A DNA stretch of 51,049 bases from an uncultured archaeon (GTDB taxonomy: Archaea; Asgardarchaeota; Thorarchaeia; Thorarchaeales; Thorarchaeaceae): assembly GCA_964590575.1 (NCBI GenBank), contig CAZPWM010000014.1:1-51049 (forward strand), written 5' to 3'. Position 1 is the first letter of the stretch; the number at the start of each line of letters is the position of its first letter. The notes under the pieces are model-generated. The model was not told the origin of the DNA, did not search any database, and saw nothing but the letters and a program-made list of their open reading frames with translations. Below are positions 1 through 10,455 of this stretch, piece by piece. The position numbers and the translations under genes were made by a program.

Positions 1-951
1 GTCAAGGAGTATATCATGCGAGGTGGAAAGAGACTTCGCCCGGTCCTTGTCGTTCTAGGGTACAAAGCAATTAAGGGCGATACTGTTCCTGAGAATCTTT
101 ACGACGCTGCAATCTGTGTTGAGATTTTACATAACGGTTCACTTCTGCACGATGACCTTATCGACCATGATGAAACTCGCAGGGGAGGAAAAACATTCCA
201 TGCAACCTATCGAAACCTTTACTTTGATAGGATAAAAGACGATCGAGCTGCATTCAATCATGGGATGACAATGGCTATCCTTGGAGGCGATTCTCTCATC
301 AACATGGGTGCGGGGGCAATTACAGCAGCCAACTTAGAACCAGATATATCCGCATACCTTCATGACCTCTATGAGTTCTCATTCCAGAATCTTGTTGATG
401 GTGTTCTACTCGAGATGAACATGATCACAGATGATACAGCAACATCACAAACATATCTGACAATGGTTCGAATGAAAACTGCAGTTCTCTTTGACCGGTC
501 TCTGATGATGGGAGCAGCCATCGCTAGAGCCACTGAATCACAGATCAAGGCACTCGAAGAATTTGGTATCAATGTTGGAAAAGCATTCCAAATACAGGAT
601 GATATTCTTGGGTCCTTTGCAGACGAAGAGAAGCTTGGAAAATCAGTATCCGGAGACATCCGAGAAGGGAAGAAGACCATGCTTGTTTTTGAGGTACACG
701 CAAGGGCAAATACCCACCAGCGAGAAGAATTCGACAGACTTCTTGGCAAGCCTGGTATCACAGATGAGGAAATCAAACGAGTACGTGATTTATTCCGTGA
801 TACAGGAGCTCTTGAATCAACACAAAAGAAAATGGCTGAGCTTCTTGAATCAGGCCAGAAAGCACTTGACAAAGCAGAACCAGCTTTTAACAGCAAGTAC
901 AAGGAGTTTCTGATTGGTCTATCTGATTTCCTAGTGCAGAGAGACTTCTAG
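1..951 (+). CDS. Polyprenyl synthetase (GGPP synthase-like), 5'-truncated by window edge
   Basis: GGKRLRP, FARM LHDDLIDHDETRRG, KTA and SARM FQIQDDIL motifs. The frame is open back to base 1. Confidence 0.92.
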   Translation, partial: VKEYIMRGGKRLRPVLVVLGYKAIKGDTVPENLYDAAICVEILHNGSLLHDDLIDHDETRRGGKTFHATYRNLYFDRIKDDRAAFNHGMTMAILGGDSLINMGAGAITAANLEPDISAYLHDLYEFSFQNLVDGVLLEMNMITDDTATSQTYLTMVRMKTAVLFDRSLMMGAAIARATESQIKALEEFGINVGKAFQIQDDILGSFADEEKLGKSVSGDIREGKKTMLVFEVHARANTHQREEFDRLLGKPGITDEEIKRVRDLFRDTGALESTQKKMAELLESGQKALDKAEPAFNSKYKEFLIGLSDFLVQRDF

Positions 952-1016
952 CTTCTAGTAATTACACAGAGGCTCATAGTTTTATTGAATTGAATTTCCC
1001 CTCGTTAGTGATTCAG

Positions 1017-1937
1017 ATGACCTACAGGGTGCGCGATTATCATTTCGATGAAGACCTCGATAAAGGACGCAGATTCCTTTTTGATATATTCAACCGCACA
1101 GGAGAACACTATACATGGGTACCTACTAGATTGGAAAATGAAAGACATGGGCCTTGCGGGTCTGAGGAAGAACGTGAGGATGACTCAAAGCTCAGAATTT
1201 GGGAATATGTAGATGAACAAGGTCCATCAATTGCTGCTCTAACAATTCTTGAGCCCTACGGATATTTCTGGATAAATGTGCATCCGGACCATCAAGGACT
1301 GGTAAGAAGGATTATTCCTGCTCTTGAAGAACAGAGAAAGCAGACAAGGAAGGGGGATGAAGAAGAGCTAAAGATTGGCACACCGGTCCCAGACAGCTTC
1401 AAGACTCGTATCGAAATTCTTAGAGAATTCGGATATGAAGATGGCGGGTTATGTGAACACAATCGAGTACGACCCCTCGACCTTCCACCTCCAGACTTTC
1501 AACCTCCAGAAGGATATACTGTAAGACATGTCAAGTTGCCTGAGGACTTTGAGCTGTACAGTGAGGTAGTCAATACAGTATTCTCACATTGTGGCATGAC
1601 CGAGAAGCTAGCAATGCTCTATACTGAAGCCGAATTCTATAATGACGAACTCGATCTTGTCGTTGAAGCACCGGATGGGAGCTTTGCAGCGTTTGTCACT
1701 GTCAGGATTGACCCAGAGAGTAGAATGGCTGAACTAGAGCCTGTGGGGACACATCCGGATTTTAGGGGACTTGGTCTTGCAAAGGCAGTCTGTGCTGAAG
1801 GTATTCGACGTGTTCAGAAATACAACCCTTCTTGCATCGTCATTCTTGGAGCAGCATCAACCGAGAGCGCGACCAAACTCTACGACTCGCTCGGGTTCAC
1901 AAAGGAAGATGTTCATATCTGGAAGAAAGTGCTCTAG
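1017..1937 (+). CDS. GNAT family N-acetyltransferase (probably tandem GNAT)
   Basis: Acetyl-CoA motif A in VGTHPDFRGLGLAKA and C-terminal LYDSLGF. ATG at 1017 is preferred to TTG at 990. Confidence 0.85.
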   Translation: MTYRVRDYHFDEDLDKGRRFLFDIFNRTGEHYTWVPTRLENERHGPCGSEEEREDDSKLRIWEYVDEQGPSIAALTILEPYGYFWINVHPDHQGLVRRIIPALEEQRKQTRKGDEEELKIGTPVPDSFKTRIEILREFGYEDGGLCEHNRVRPLDLPPPDFQPPEGYTVRHVKLPEDFELYSEVVNTVFSHCGMTEKLAMLYTEAEFYNDELDLVVEAPDGSFAAFVTVRIDPESRMAELEPVGTHPDFRGLGLAKAVCAEGIRRVQKYNPSCIVILGAASTESATKLYDSLGFTKEDVHIWKKVL

Positions 1938-1946
1938 TATCTTCAA

Positions 1947-2135
1947 TCATTTTTGACGTCTAGGTGCAGGCTTCCTTAATGGTGTACCGCACGCTTCGCA
2001 CTCACCTCGAGGAACAGGGTTCTTATGTTTACAATTTGGACACACGTTGTCACCTATAGGTGAATTGAAGGTTACAGCGTCGAACCGCAAGACGAAACAA
2101 CTCCCATCACTGCTTTGCCCAATTATTTTTCCCAA
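1947..2135 (-). CDS. Small zinc-ribbon protein or fragment
   Basis: CPNC...CEACG double CxxC. The TTG start is uncertain. Confidence 0.5.
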   Translation of the reverse strand: MGKIIGQSSDGSCFVLRFDAVTFNSPIGDNVCPNCKHKNPVPRGECEACGTPLRKPAPRRQK

Positions 2136-2291
2136 TAGAATTTCAACTAATTATCTTGATCACCTATTTTATTCTCATATGGAATCAAGAACTAGTCAAT
2201 ATAGATTCTAGAGAGGCGCGCAAAGTCAAAATGATGCGTATCAATCTTCTGATGTAAAAGTGCTATTCGGAAAAGGTTCTAGTTTCTGTAG

Positions 2292-3767
2292 CTACCTAAG
2301 TGTGAGAAGTTCATCCTTGATTTCGTTTCGAATTGTTTGAACACTCGGAGAATCTAGTATACCAAGTGCCTCTTCAAGGATTTCTCGAGCAACCACATCC
2401 ATCTCCCGTGACTTCAAGAACTTGGCTTTGAGAATTGCCGCTCGCATAGCAATGCCTGGTAGTTTGAATTTCTCTGCATGATGGATCAGTCGAGTCATCC
2501 AAGGACCTGAAACAGTCTCATCTAATTCAATACCGGTTTCAATCGCTTGTTCCATCTCACATTTAGCTAGCTCAAACAGTATCTGGTTAATGAAAAGCAT
2601 CGTTCCTAATTGTTCAAAATAGGAGTGTGCCTCCTCAAAGTAAGACATTGCTTCAGGCCATCTCTGCATTGAAGCCTCAAAGATACCTTGAACGCGTTTG
2701 ACCTGCCCAAGTCCTAGTTCACTACCGGATGCAATTGCCAACTTTTGAGCTTGATCCAAGAGCTCCTCGATTTCATCAAAACGTTTCAAGCGAATTAATA
2801 TTTCTGCCTTGAGAGAATACATCATTGAGAAGCCCTTTCCCCTATGATAATCAAAGGACGTCTTTATCCACTCCAAAGCTTCCAGATAATTCCCCATTTC
2901 AGCATACAATCTAGATATGTTTAAGGATGTCGTATCATCTGGTCCCAAACTAGTTTCATATACTTCTAATGAGGACAAGAACGACTCAAGTGCTAAATCC
3001 AACTCACCGAGGACTAGGCATGTTAGACCAAGTTCATTCCGAACCTCATGCATCCTCTGAGGAACTCCGAGCTTGTTGATGAGTGCGTTAGATTCTTCTA
3101 GATAACCAAAAGCTATAGCAGGATTGAGATTTCTTAACAAATTACCTTGTGCTCGTAGGAAGGACGAGGTGAGATATGGATGATTATACTTTCTGGCAAG
3201 TTCCAAGCCCTTCGTAGCTGAGAGGAGTGCATTCGTGTTATCGCCCTCATTACTATAAGTAACCGACTCTATCAGTTTTTCATTAACTCGAAAGCACTCC
3301 AAGTCTGAATTTCTTTCAATTAGTCGTCCTATCTTCTCGAGAGTTTCAAATGCTTCGCTTGATGGAAGAACTGCGTTGCAAAAGTACGCTCGATGAAGGA
3401 GTAATTTGATTCGGACCCAATCGGGAAGTTCAGCCTTCAGGTCATAGTCAATGATTCTACCTACTTCACCACCAAATTGGTATCTATCACCAAGACTAAT
3501 CGTAGGGTAAGTCAATGCGATGATACCAGGAGATTCACTATATCTTTCTCTGATTTTCATGAGCAAAGGCTGTTCCTGAATACGCCATGCATGAACAGCC
3601 GCGATGAATGCTAACTCATCAGATGATGACACGTTAGTTACGTATTCCCCAAGTTTCAAGGCGAACTCATAGTAGTTAGTAGCACGTTTCATTATAGACT
3701 CAAGGATATCTCTGGTGTCGTTGGTGACGAAAGGATAGTATTTCGTAATCGACCCATCTGCTTCCAT
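2292..3767 (-). CDS. TPR-repeat protein
   Basis: 491 aa with repeated helical units showing LG..Y...G....A....(F/Y) patterns. Confidence 0.8.
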   Translation of the reverse strand: MEADGSITKYYPFVTNDTRDILESIMKRATNYYEFALKLGEYVTNVSSSDELAFIAAVHAWRIQEQPLLMKIRERYSESPGIIALTYPTISLGDRYQFGGEVGRIIDYDLKAELPDWVRIKLLLHRAYFCNAVLPSSEAFETLEKIGRLIERNSDLECFRVNEKLIESVTYSNEGDNTNALLSATKGLELARKYNHPYLTSSFLRAQGNLLRNLNPAIAFGYLEESNALINKLGVPQRMHEVRNELGLTCLVLGELDLALESFLSSLEVYETSLGPDDTTSLNISRLYAEMGNYLEALEWIKTSFDYHRGKGFSMMYSLKAEILIRLKRFDEIEELLDQAQKLAIASGSELGLGQVKRVQGIFEASMQRWPEAMSYFEEAHSYFEQLGTMLFINQILFELAKCEMEQAIETGIELDETVSGPWMTRLIHHAEKFKLPGIAMRAAILKAKFLKSREMDVVAREILEEALGILDSPSVQTIRNEIKDELLTLR

Positions 3768-4017
3768 TTGCTGTTCCCCTGCAACCTCTTGTGATCTGTT
3801 TTCTGAGCGTAACTACTATTTGAGATGTTCGAAATCGATGATGAGAAAGTAGAACCTAATTAATTAGATTCAGAATCTTCAGTTTGATTTCATAACGAAT
3901 TGATGGCACCAAGGGTGAATCAAGAATATATAGATTGTATTCAATGATATCTCCAGCTACCTGAGTCTTTACCCAGATTAATTCTGAAATAGCATTCCGT
4001 GTTTGTCACGGAAACTT

Positions 4018-5694
4018 CTATTCCTCTCTCGGAACTTCTTGTTCTCTCAGCTCCCTTCGCAGCACTTTTCCTACTAGTGTTTCAGGAAGTTCCTTTCTGA
4101 ACTCAATCTCTTTCGGGACTTTATAGGGTGACAAACTTGTCCGGCAAAACTCTCGGACTTCGCCTAGAAGCTCATCACTTGCTTTGTATCCTTCTTTCAA
4201 GACGATATACGCTTTGACGATTTCGTTTCCCATGGTTTTAGGGTCTGGAAGACCAACAACTGCCGCATTTTCAATAGCTTCGTGTTCAAAGAGAACGTCT
4301 TCTACTTCACGAGGATATACCTTAAACCCGCTGATATTGATCATGTCTTTCTTTCTATCCATAATGAAGAAGTATCCATCCTCATCCATTCTACCTATGT
4401 CACCAGTCAAAAGCCATCCGTCTCTAATCTGGTCAGCAGTAGCATCTGGTTTATTCCAATAACCCATCATCCTCTGGGGTCCGTTTATCAGGATTTCACC
4501 CGTTTCTCCGATGGGCAAAATCTTGGTATGGTCCTCGACATCTACGATTCGAACTTGTGTGTCTGGAAGTGGAATCCCAATAGAGCCAACTTTCCGCAAT
4601 CCGCTGACAGGATTGCTATGAGTGACTGGCGAACATTCAGTCAATCCATAACCCTCGATTATGACGCAGCCAGTTCTTTTCTCGAATTCGTGTAAAACTT
4701 CAGGAGGCATGGCCGCTGCACCTGTGTTACAGAACCGTATTGATTTCAAATCCTTTGCATAATCCTCAAGGTCATCGCGCTCTAGGAGCCGCATGTACAT
4801 TGTTGGTACACCAGGAAACATTGCGGGTTTTGTGTCTCGAATTATCTCAAACAGTGATTTCTGATCTCTAGCGTCAGGATTCAATGCAATTCGAGAACCA
4901 TTGTAGATCCACACGTTCATGCACACAGTCATCCCGTATATATGGAATAAGGGGAGGTTGGTAAGTCCTGTGTCCTTTCCTCGCTGCATTTGGGAAGCCA
5001 CTAAGTTGTAGACAGCAATAGCATTTGACACCAAGTTATAATGTGTGAGCATAGCTCCTTTAGGAAGTCCCGATGTTCCTCCTGTGTATTGGAGCACTGC
5101 GACTTGTGTCTTCGGATCGATTTCGAATTTTGGTGGATCTGGTTTTGTTCGATTGATTAGATTAAGAAATTGAATTGTGCCAGCTATTTCAGGAGGGTCT
5201 CTAGGAGCATTTGGAATGTAGTCCATGACACTAGTAATGATTATGTTCCGAAGTCTGGTTCTGTCCTTTATGTTATTGATTTTCTCAAGTTGAGAATCAT
5301 GGACAATGATAGTTTCAGCCCCAGAATCATTTAGCTGGTATGCAATTTCTGGTTCAGTCAATAAGACACTGCAAGCTGTGACTATACCGCCAGCTTTTAG
5401 AATTCCATAGAAGCTAAACAGATACTGAGGAAAATTAGGAATCATAATAGCGACTGTATCACCCTTCTTTACTCCTAAATCCCTCAACGCGGTTGCAAGC
5501 CTATCAGCAATGTCTTTGAATTCATTATAAGAAATCTTCCTTTTCATGAACCAAATTGCAGTTTGTTTGCCAAATTCTTTGGCTGTGTTGTCAAGAAACT
5601 CATATAGATTAATCTCAGGATAATCTATTGTTTCAGGTACACCTTCTTCGTAATGTTTCAACCAAGGTTTAGCAGCATAAGGATCTTCTGACAT
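4018..5694 (-). CDS. fadD: Long-chain fatty-acid--CoA ligase
   Basis: P-loop YTGGTSGLPKG, EGYGLTE, TGDIG, DRKKDMI and C-terminal VGKVLR. Confidence 0.92.
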   Translation of the reverse strand: MSEDPYAAKPWLKHYEEGVPETIDYPEINLYEFLDNTAKEFGKQTAIWFMKRKISYNEFKDIADRLATALRDLGVKKGDTVAIMIPNFPQYLFSFYGILKAGGIVTACSVLLTEPEIAYQLNDSGAETIIVHDSQLEKINNIKDRTRLRNIIITSVMDYIPNAPRDPPEIAGTIQFLNLINRTKPDPPKFEIDPKTQVAVLQYTGGTSGLPKGAMLTHYNLVSNAIAVYNLVASQMQRGKDTGLTNLPLFHIYGMTVCMNVWIYNGSRIALNPDARDQKSLFEIIRDTKPAMFPGVPTMYMRLLERDDLEDYAKDLKSIRFCNTGAAAMPPEVLHEFEKRTGCVIIEGYGLTECSPVTHSNPVSGLRKVGSIGIPLPDTQVRIVDVEDHTKILPIGETGEILINGPQRMMGYWNKPDATADQIRDGWLLTGDIGRMDEDGYFFIMDRKKDMINISGFKVYPREVEDVLFEHEAIENAAVVGLPDPKTMGNEIVKAYIVLKEGYKASDELLGEVREFCRTSLSPYKVPKEIEFRKELPETLVGKVLRRELREQEVPREE

Positions 5695-5714
5695 ATTGAT
5701 TCTTCCTGCGTAGA

Positions 5715-7055
5715 TTATTCTCCACCTATTAAATCGAGTGCCTCTTGGGCTGCCTCAGAAACGTAATCATACTCATCATGGAGCATATTCTCTAAAGCTG
5801 GAATAAGATTGGTATTTGAAACCCCTATTTTCCCCAGAGCTTCTGATGCTCGCCATCTGACATCAGGTTTCTTATCACCCAAGGCCTCTACCAGAGCAGG
5901 GATAGATGCGGAAGCTTCAGGACCTAGTTTTCCAAGACTTAATGCAGCTTCACGACGAACTTCGCTCTTAGTGTCTGCAAAAGCGTCAATTAACGCTTGA
6001 ATAACTAATTCGTCAGGAATTCCTATTTTTCCTAATGCACTAGCAGCCTCTGTTCGTACATCAGTACCTCCGCTTTTTAAAATCTCGATTAGACCTGGGA
6101 TTGCTTCAGTTGCTTCGGAACCAACACCACCAATCGATGAGATGATTATAATTTTCATTTTGTTGTTTGCAAAGTTGTATGAATCAATTAATGCAGGAAT
6201 TGCATCTTTACCAATCATCCGAAGAGCATCAGCTGCTTTTCCTCGGACACTTTCAACTTTATCTTTCAATAATGAAGCAATATCTCCAATTATCTTCTGA
6301 TCAGTAACTCTCATCTCACCCAATGCTTCTATTGCCCCTTTGCGAACGATGGGATTAGTGTGATTCATGACATCCAGAATAGCAGGGATAGCTGGTTCAC
6401 CGATTTCTACTAGAGTGTTTATTGATCTATATCGGACTCTCCAGTCATTGTCTTCCAATGTATTAACTAGAGTTGGAATTGCGTCAACAGAACCCTTACC
6501 TATTCCTTCTATAGCTTGAGCAGCTGCAGTCCTAACAGTCCAAGCCGGGTCTTTCAGACTATCTATCAATCTTGGAATCGCGGCGTGTGAACCCTGTCCC
6601 ATTTTTCCCAAGGTTTTCGCAGCCTCTGTCCGAATCTCTTCATTATCATCATCCAGAGTCGCAATAAGACTTGAAACAGCCACATCTGTTGCGACACCTA
6701 TTTTCCCTAGAGAGATTGCAGCTTCTTTCCTAATTGTTACTTCCTCATCAGTCAATAAGACTGACAATTTGGGTATAGCTTCAACTGCGGCTTCACCAAT
6801 CTTACCAAGTGACTTTGTTGCTTCTCTGCATATACTCCAATCATTATCCTCTAAGCAATCTACTAATTTTGAAACACTGGTAGCTGCTTTTTCACCCAGT
6901 TCTCCTAGAGATAAGGCGGCGTTGAATCGAATTGAGCGAATATCACTATCTAGATGCTCGACAATTTCATTTATGACAGTAGAATCCTTCTCTGCTCTGG
7001 CTACCACAAGTTCAACTTTCGCATCACGTAAAAGGTCTTCTAAAGATGCTGACAT
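5715..7055 (-). CDS. HEAT-repeat (PBS-lyase-like) protein
   Basis: About 13 repeats of AIP.L...L.D....VR..AA..LG.IG. Confidence 0.9.
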   Translation of the reverse strand: MSASLEDLLRDAKVELVVARAEKDSTVINEIVEHLDSDIRSIRFNAALSLGELGEKAATSVSKLVDCLEDNDWSICREATKSLGKIGEAAVEAIPKLSVLLTDEEVTIRKEAAISLGKIGVATDVAVSSLIATLDDDNEEIRTEAAKTLGKMGQGSHAAIPRLIDSLKDPAWTVRTAAAQAIEGIGKGSVDAIPTLVNTLEDNDWRVRYRSINTLVEIGEPAIPAILDVMNHTNPIVRKGAIEALGEMRVTDQKIIGDIASLLKDKVESVRGKAADALRMIGKDAIPALIDSYNFANNKMKIIIISSIGGVGSEATEAIPGLIEILKSGGTDVRTEAASALGKIGIPDELVIQALIDAFADTKSEVRREAALSLGKLGPEASASIPALVEALGDKKPDVRWRASEALGKIGVSNTNLIPALENMLHDEYDYVSEAAQEALDLIGGE

Positions 7056-7066
7056 TATATTACCCC

Positions 7067-7780
7067 CTAGATTCCTAAGTAGACCCTCTTGATTCGAGGC
7101 TCTCGTTCAAGTTCTTCCCGCGTGCCACTCATCTCTATCTTTCCATCTTCAAGGACATGAATGTTATCAGCAACTTCCATAGCTAACATGGCATCCTGCT
7201 CTACTAAGAGTGTGGTAGTTCCTTCGTGTTTTATCAGTTCTATAGATTCAAAGATTTTGTCTTTCACCCTGGGTGCCAACCCCAGAGAAGGTTCGTCGAG
7301 TAGTAGGAGTTTTGGATTTGACATTAGCGACCTTGCAATGGCTAACATTTGTTGTTCACCACCACTAAGTGTACCTGCTCGCTGTTTGGTTCGTTCATGC
7401 AGTCGTGGAAAAGTTTCAAATACAAAGTCTAAGAGTCCTGAATACTTGGACTTGTCCTGCAAAGAATATGCCCCTAGTTCAATATTTTCCATGACTGACA
7501 TATCATAGAACAATCGTCGACGTTCTGGACAATGAGCGATACCTCGTCTGGCAATTTCATGCGCTTCCAGCTCATCAATCCTTTCGCCATTGAAGATGAT
7601 TTTCCCTCTGTCGATTTCCTCAAGGGCTGATATAGCTCGAAGTAGCGTGGACTTCCCCGCTCCATTTGGACCGATGACCGCATCTAATGAACCAGCCTCC
7701 ACTGAGAGATTGATCTCTTCGAGAGCTTTTGCTTTCCCGTAGTAATGATAGACTTTCTTTAGTTCAAGCAAATCCTTCAC
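7067..7780 (-). CDS. livF: LIV-type ABC transporter ATPase
   Basis: GPNGAGKST, LSGGEQQMLAIAR and LLDEPSLGLAP. Confidence 0.92.
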   Translation of the reverse strand: MKDLLELKKVYHYYGKAKALEEINLSVEAGSLDAVIGPNGAGKSTLLRAISALEEIDRGKIIFNGERIDELEAHEIARRGIAHCPERRRLFYDMSVMENIELGAYSLQDKSKYSGLLDFVFETFPRLHERTKQRAGTLSGGEQQMLAIARSLMSNPKLLLLDEPSLGLAPRVKDKIFESIELIKHEGTTTLLVEQDAMLAMEVADNIHVLEDGKIEMSGTREELEREPRIKRVYLGI

Positions 7781-8504
7781 CCCGTCCTAAGTATGCTTCA
7801 AGCACAATCTTGTTGTTTGCAACTTCCTTTGGTGGTCCTTCTGCAATTATTCTTCCTTGATGCATTGCAATAACTCTTGGTACTAATGTCATTAATTCAC
7901 GTAGGACATGGCCAGTCATAAAAATAGTGACTCCTTCATCCATTAGTTGTTGAATCAACTTTGTTATTCCTAATCTTTCTTCATGAGCAAGACCACTAAA
8001 CGGTTCATCAAGAAGAAGTAATTCTGGATTTGTGCCAAGTGCCTTTCCTATCTCTAACTTTCTCAGATCCCCATGAGGTAGAATTACAGGAGGAAGTCGT
8101 GCTTTATCCACAAGGCCAACTGAAGAGAGTATCGAGCTTGCTGCTTCATCTATTCCAGAAGAACCGAATGCTTCCTTTCCCCGAGGTGAGAGGCATGCAA
8201 CAGATATGTTGTCAAGAAGGCTGAGATAACGGAACGACTTGACCAATTGAAACGTCCGAGCCATCCCCAAATTCACGATCTGATAGGGCTTCTTCCCAGT
8301 TATATCCACCCCATCGAAACGGACAGAACCGGAGTTGGGTTTCTCGAAACCAGATATGAGGTTGAAAACTGTAGTCTTTCCAGCTCCATTAGGCCCAATC
8401 AGTCCCAGTATCTCTCCGCGATGCACCTCGAAATTGACATCATTGACCGCAGTAAGTCCGCCAAATTTCTTTGTAAGATTCTTAACTTCTAATATTAGAC
8501 CCAT
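7764..8504 (-). CDS. livG: LIV-type ABC transporter ATPase
   Basis: FGGLTAV, GPNGAGKTT, ARTFQ, LLDEP and C-terminal AYLG. Confidence 0.92.
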   Translation of the reverse strand: MGLILEVKNLTKKFGGLTAVNDVNFEVHRGEILGLIGPNGAGKTTVFNLISGFEKPNSGSVRFDGVDITGKKPYQIVNLGMARTFQLVKSFRYLSLLDNISVACLSPRGKEAFGSSGIDEAASSILSSVGLVDKARLPPVILPHGDLRKLEIGKALGTNPELLLLDEPFSGLAHEERLGITKLIQQLMDEGVTIFMTGHVLRELMTLVPRVIAMHQGRIIAEGPPKEVANNKIVLEAYLGRGEGFA

Positions 8505-8505
8505 T

Positions 8506-9486
8506 TTACTTTCCTCGTATCATATCCCAAAGATCCTGAACTCGCTCCAAGAATGGATTCATAATTCCCTCTTCCGCAAACCGAATAATCACAATCAGAA
8601 GTATGGCAAATATCAATAACGCAGCGTCCGCGAGAGGTCTTAGGAACTCGCTGAGTAATGTGAAAAGGAGTGCTCCAATAACTGACCCATAGATTGTCGC
8701 CATTCCTCCGATTGCGGCCATTATTATTGCATAGAAGGAATAGAGTGTTTGAAAGAAAGCAGGATTTACTGCTGTTGTGTGCAGAATAAAAAGAGCGCCT
8801 GAAATCCCTGCAAAGAATCCGCTTATCATGAATGCGATAAGCTTGTAGGTCGTTGTGTTAATTCCTGAAGCATCGGCACAGGTTTCATCATCTCGAATTG
8901 ACTTCAGGATTGTACCCAGTCTTGAATCAACGATAGCACGCATTATAACTAGTGAAGCAACCATGAAGGCCACCATAATATAGAAGACCGCAAAGATATC
9001 TCCAATCGAGGGCAACCCTGAGATTCCTTCTGTTCCGCCAAGCCATGTTCCAGTCAAAAATAGATTCCAGAGAATGAGAGAAAATGCCAAAGTCCCCAGT
9101 GCTAAATATGGTCCCTTCAATCTTAAACAGGGAATTCCAATTATTAGGCTAAACACTACAGCCCAACCAGCACCGACAAAAATTGCAACAATCCAATGAG
9201 CACCAGCGAATTTGATGAATGCTGCTGCAAAATAACCTGATATTCCAAAAAAAGCGGCATGTCCAAAACTGACTTGTCCAGCAAACCCTGCCAAGAGGTC
9301 CCAGCTCGCAGCAAAGATTGAAAGTATCATTCCGGTGACTAGGACTGTTGTTAAATATTCGTTCCCAGACAATGGTACGAGCAAAAGTCCTACTAGGCAG
9401 AATAGTGTTATACTCCCTCGGAATGTTTGTACCCATACTTTAAAACGTCCAATCAGAGACTGAAAATCGACCTGAATACCCATCAT
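8506..9486 (-). CDS. livM: LIV-type ABC transporter permease
   Basis: GFAGQVSFGHAAFFG and LRLKGPYLALGTLAF. Confidence 0.9.
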   Translation of the reverse strand: MMGIQVDFQSLIGRFKVWVQTFRGSITLFCLVGLLLVPLSGNEYLTTVLVTGMILSIFAASWDLLAGFAGQVSFGHAAFFGISGYFAAAFIKFAGAHWIVAIFVGAGWAVVFSLIIGIPCLRLKGPYLALGTLAFSLILWNLFLTGTWLGGTEGISGLPSIGDIFAVFYIMVAFMVASLVIMRAIVDSRLGTILKSIRDDETCADASGINTTTYKLIAFMISGFFAGISGALFILHTTAVNPAFFQTLYSFYAIIMAAIGGMATIYGSVIGALLFTLLSEFLRPLADAALLIFAILLIVIIRFAEEGIMNPFLERVQDLWDMIRGK

Positions 9487-9489
9487 TTG

Positions 9490-10341
9490 TTATTGCAGCT
9501 CCTTCTTTCCTAGCAATCCTTGCGGTCTGACCAAGAGCATTACAAGTATCACAACAATTGGTATTATCACAGAGAAAGTCGGACTTATCAAAAAGTCTGT
9601 TAATGATGTTGCATACCCCATTACAAACGCTCCAACGATACTCCCTGGAATGCTACCCATGCCTCCAAAGATTGTCACTGAAAACGCAAGTAGCAGATAT
9701 CTCCAGCCTATTCTGGGTGCAATGAAATTTCCTGGAGCGTATAAAACTGCGGCAAATCCGACAAGCAATGCTGATATCATCACAGTTGTCATTAGAACCA
9801 TATCTGTGTTGATTCCAACTAGTTTGGCAGCTTCAAAATCTTGAGATACAGCACGAATCGACTTGCCAATCGTCGATTTATTGATGAATATAGTAACTGA
9901 TGTGACGAGAATCAAGGACCCAACAATCAAAGCGATGAACTGTGCTGGAAAAGTGACTCCAAGGAATGTGACTGTCCCTGGCACAAATGGCACTATGTAG
10001 TGAGTCTTTGGATCTCCTACGAATTTCACAAACTGTTCGAAAAAGAAAGCCAATGCGAATGTCACCAAAACAATACCGATGTGTGATTCCTGCAAAGGCT
10101 TCATTAAGCCCAGATATGTGAAGGCTCCAATTCCCACTACTGTGACCAAACCAATAACCGCGGCCATCCAAAATCCGACGAATGGGATTGTCCAATAAAT
10201 CATATAGGCTGTTATCACGAAGAATGCTCCGTGAGCCAAGTTAAGTATTCCACCTACACCATAAACCAAAGAGAAGCCTAATGCTAGGAGAGCTAAAAGA
10301 GCTCCCTGCACTGTACCGAAGATGAGTATTTCTTCAATCAA
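9490..10341 (-). CDS. livH: LIV-type ABC transporter permease
   Basis: ALGFSLVYGVGGILNLAHG, FGGMGSIPG and RPQGLLG. Confidence 0.9.
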   Translation of the reverse strand: MIEEILIFGTVQGALLALLALGFSLVYGVGGILNLAHGAFFVITAYMIYWTIPFVGFWMAAVIGLVTVVGIGAFTYLGLMKPLQESHIGIVLVTFALAFFFEQFVKFVGDPKTHYIVPFVPGTVTFLGVTFPAQFIALIVGSLILVTSVTIFINKSTIGKSIRAVSQDFEAAKLVGINTDMVLMTTVMISALLVGFAAVLYAPGNFIAPRIGWRYLLLAFSVTIFGGMGSIPGSIVGAFVMGYATSLTDFLISPTFSVIIPIVVILVMLLVRPQGLLGKKELQ

Positions 10342-10382
10342 TATCTACACCCCTTATTACACCAGTTCACTAAAATCGGTTT

Positions 10383-10420
10383 CAAAAAAGAAGAAACAAC
10401 CCCCCTTATAAAAAGGGGGG
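10383..10420 (-). terminator. Hairpin plus U-tract between the substrate-binding gene and the permease
   Basis: CCCCCCTT/AAGGGGGG stem at about 10400-10420, followed on the minus strand by TTTCTTCTTTTTT. Confidence 0.6.
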
Positions 10421-10455
10421 AAGTTCGAACTCAACTGATTTCGTATTTGTGTGAT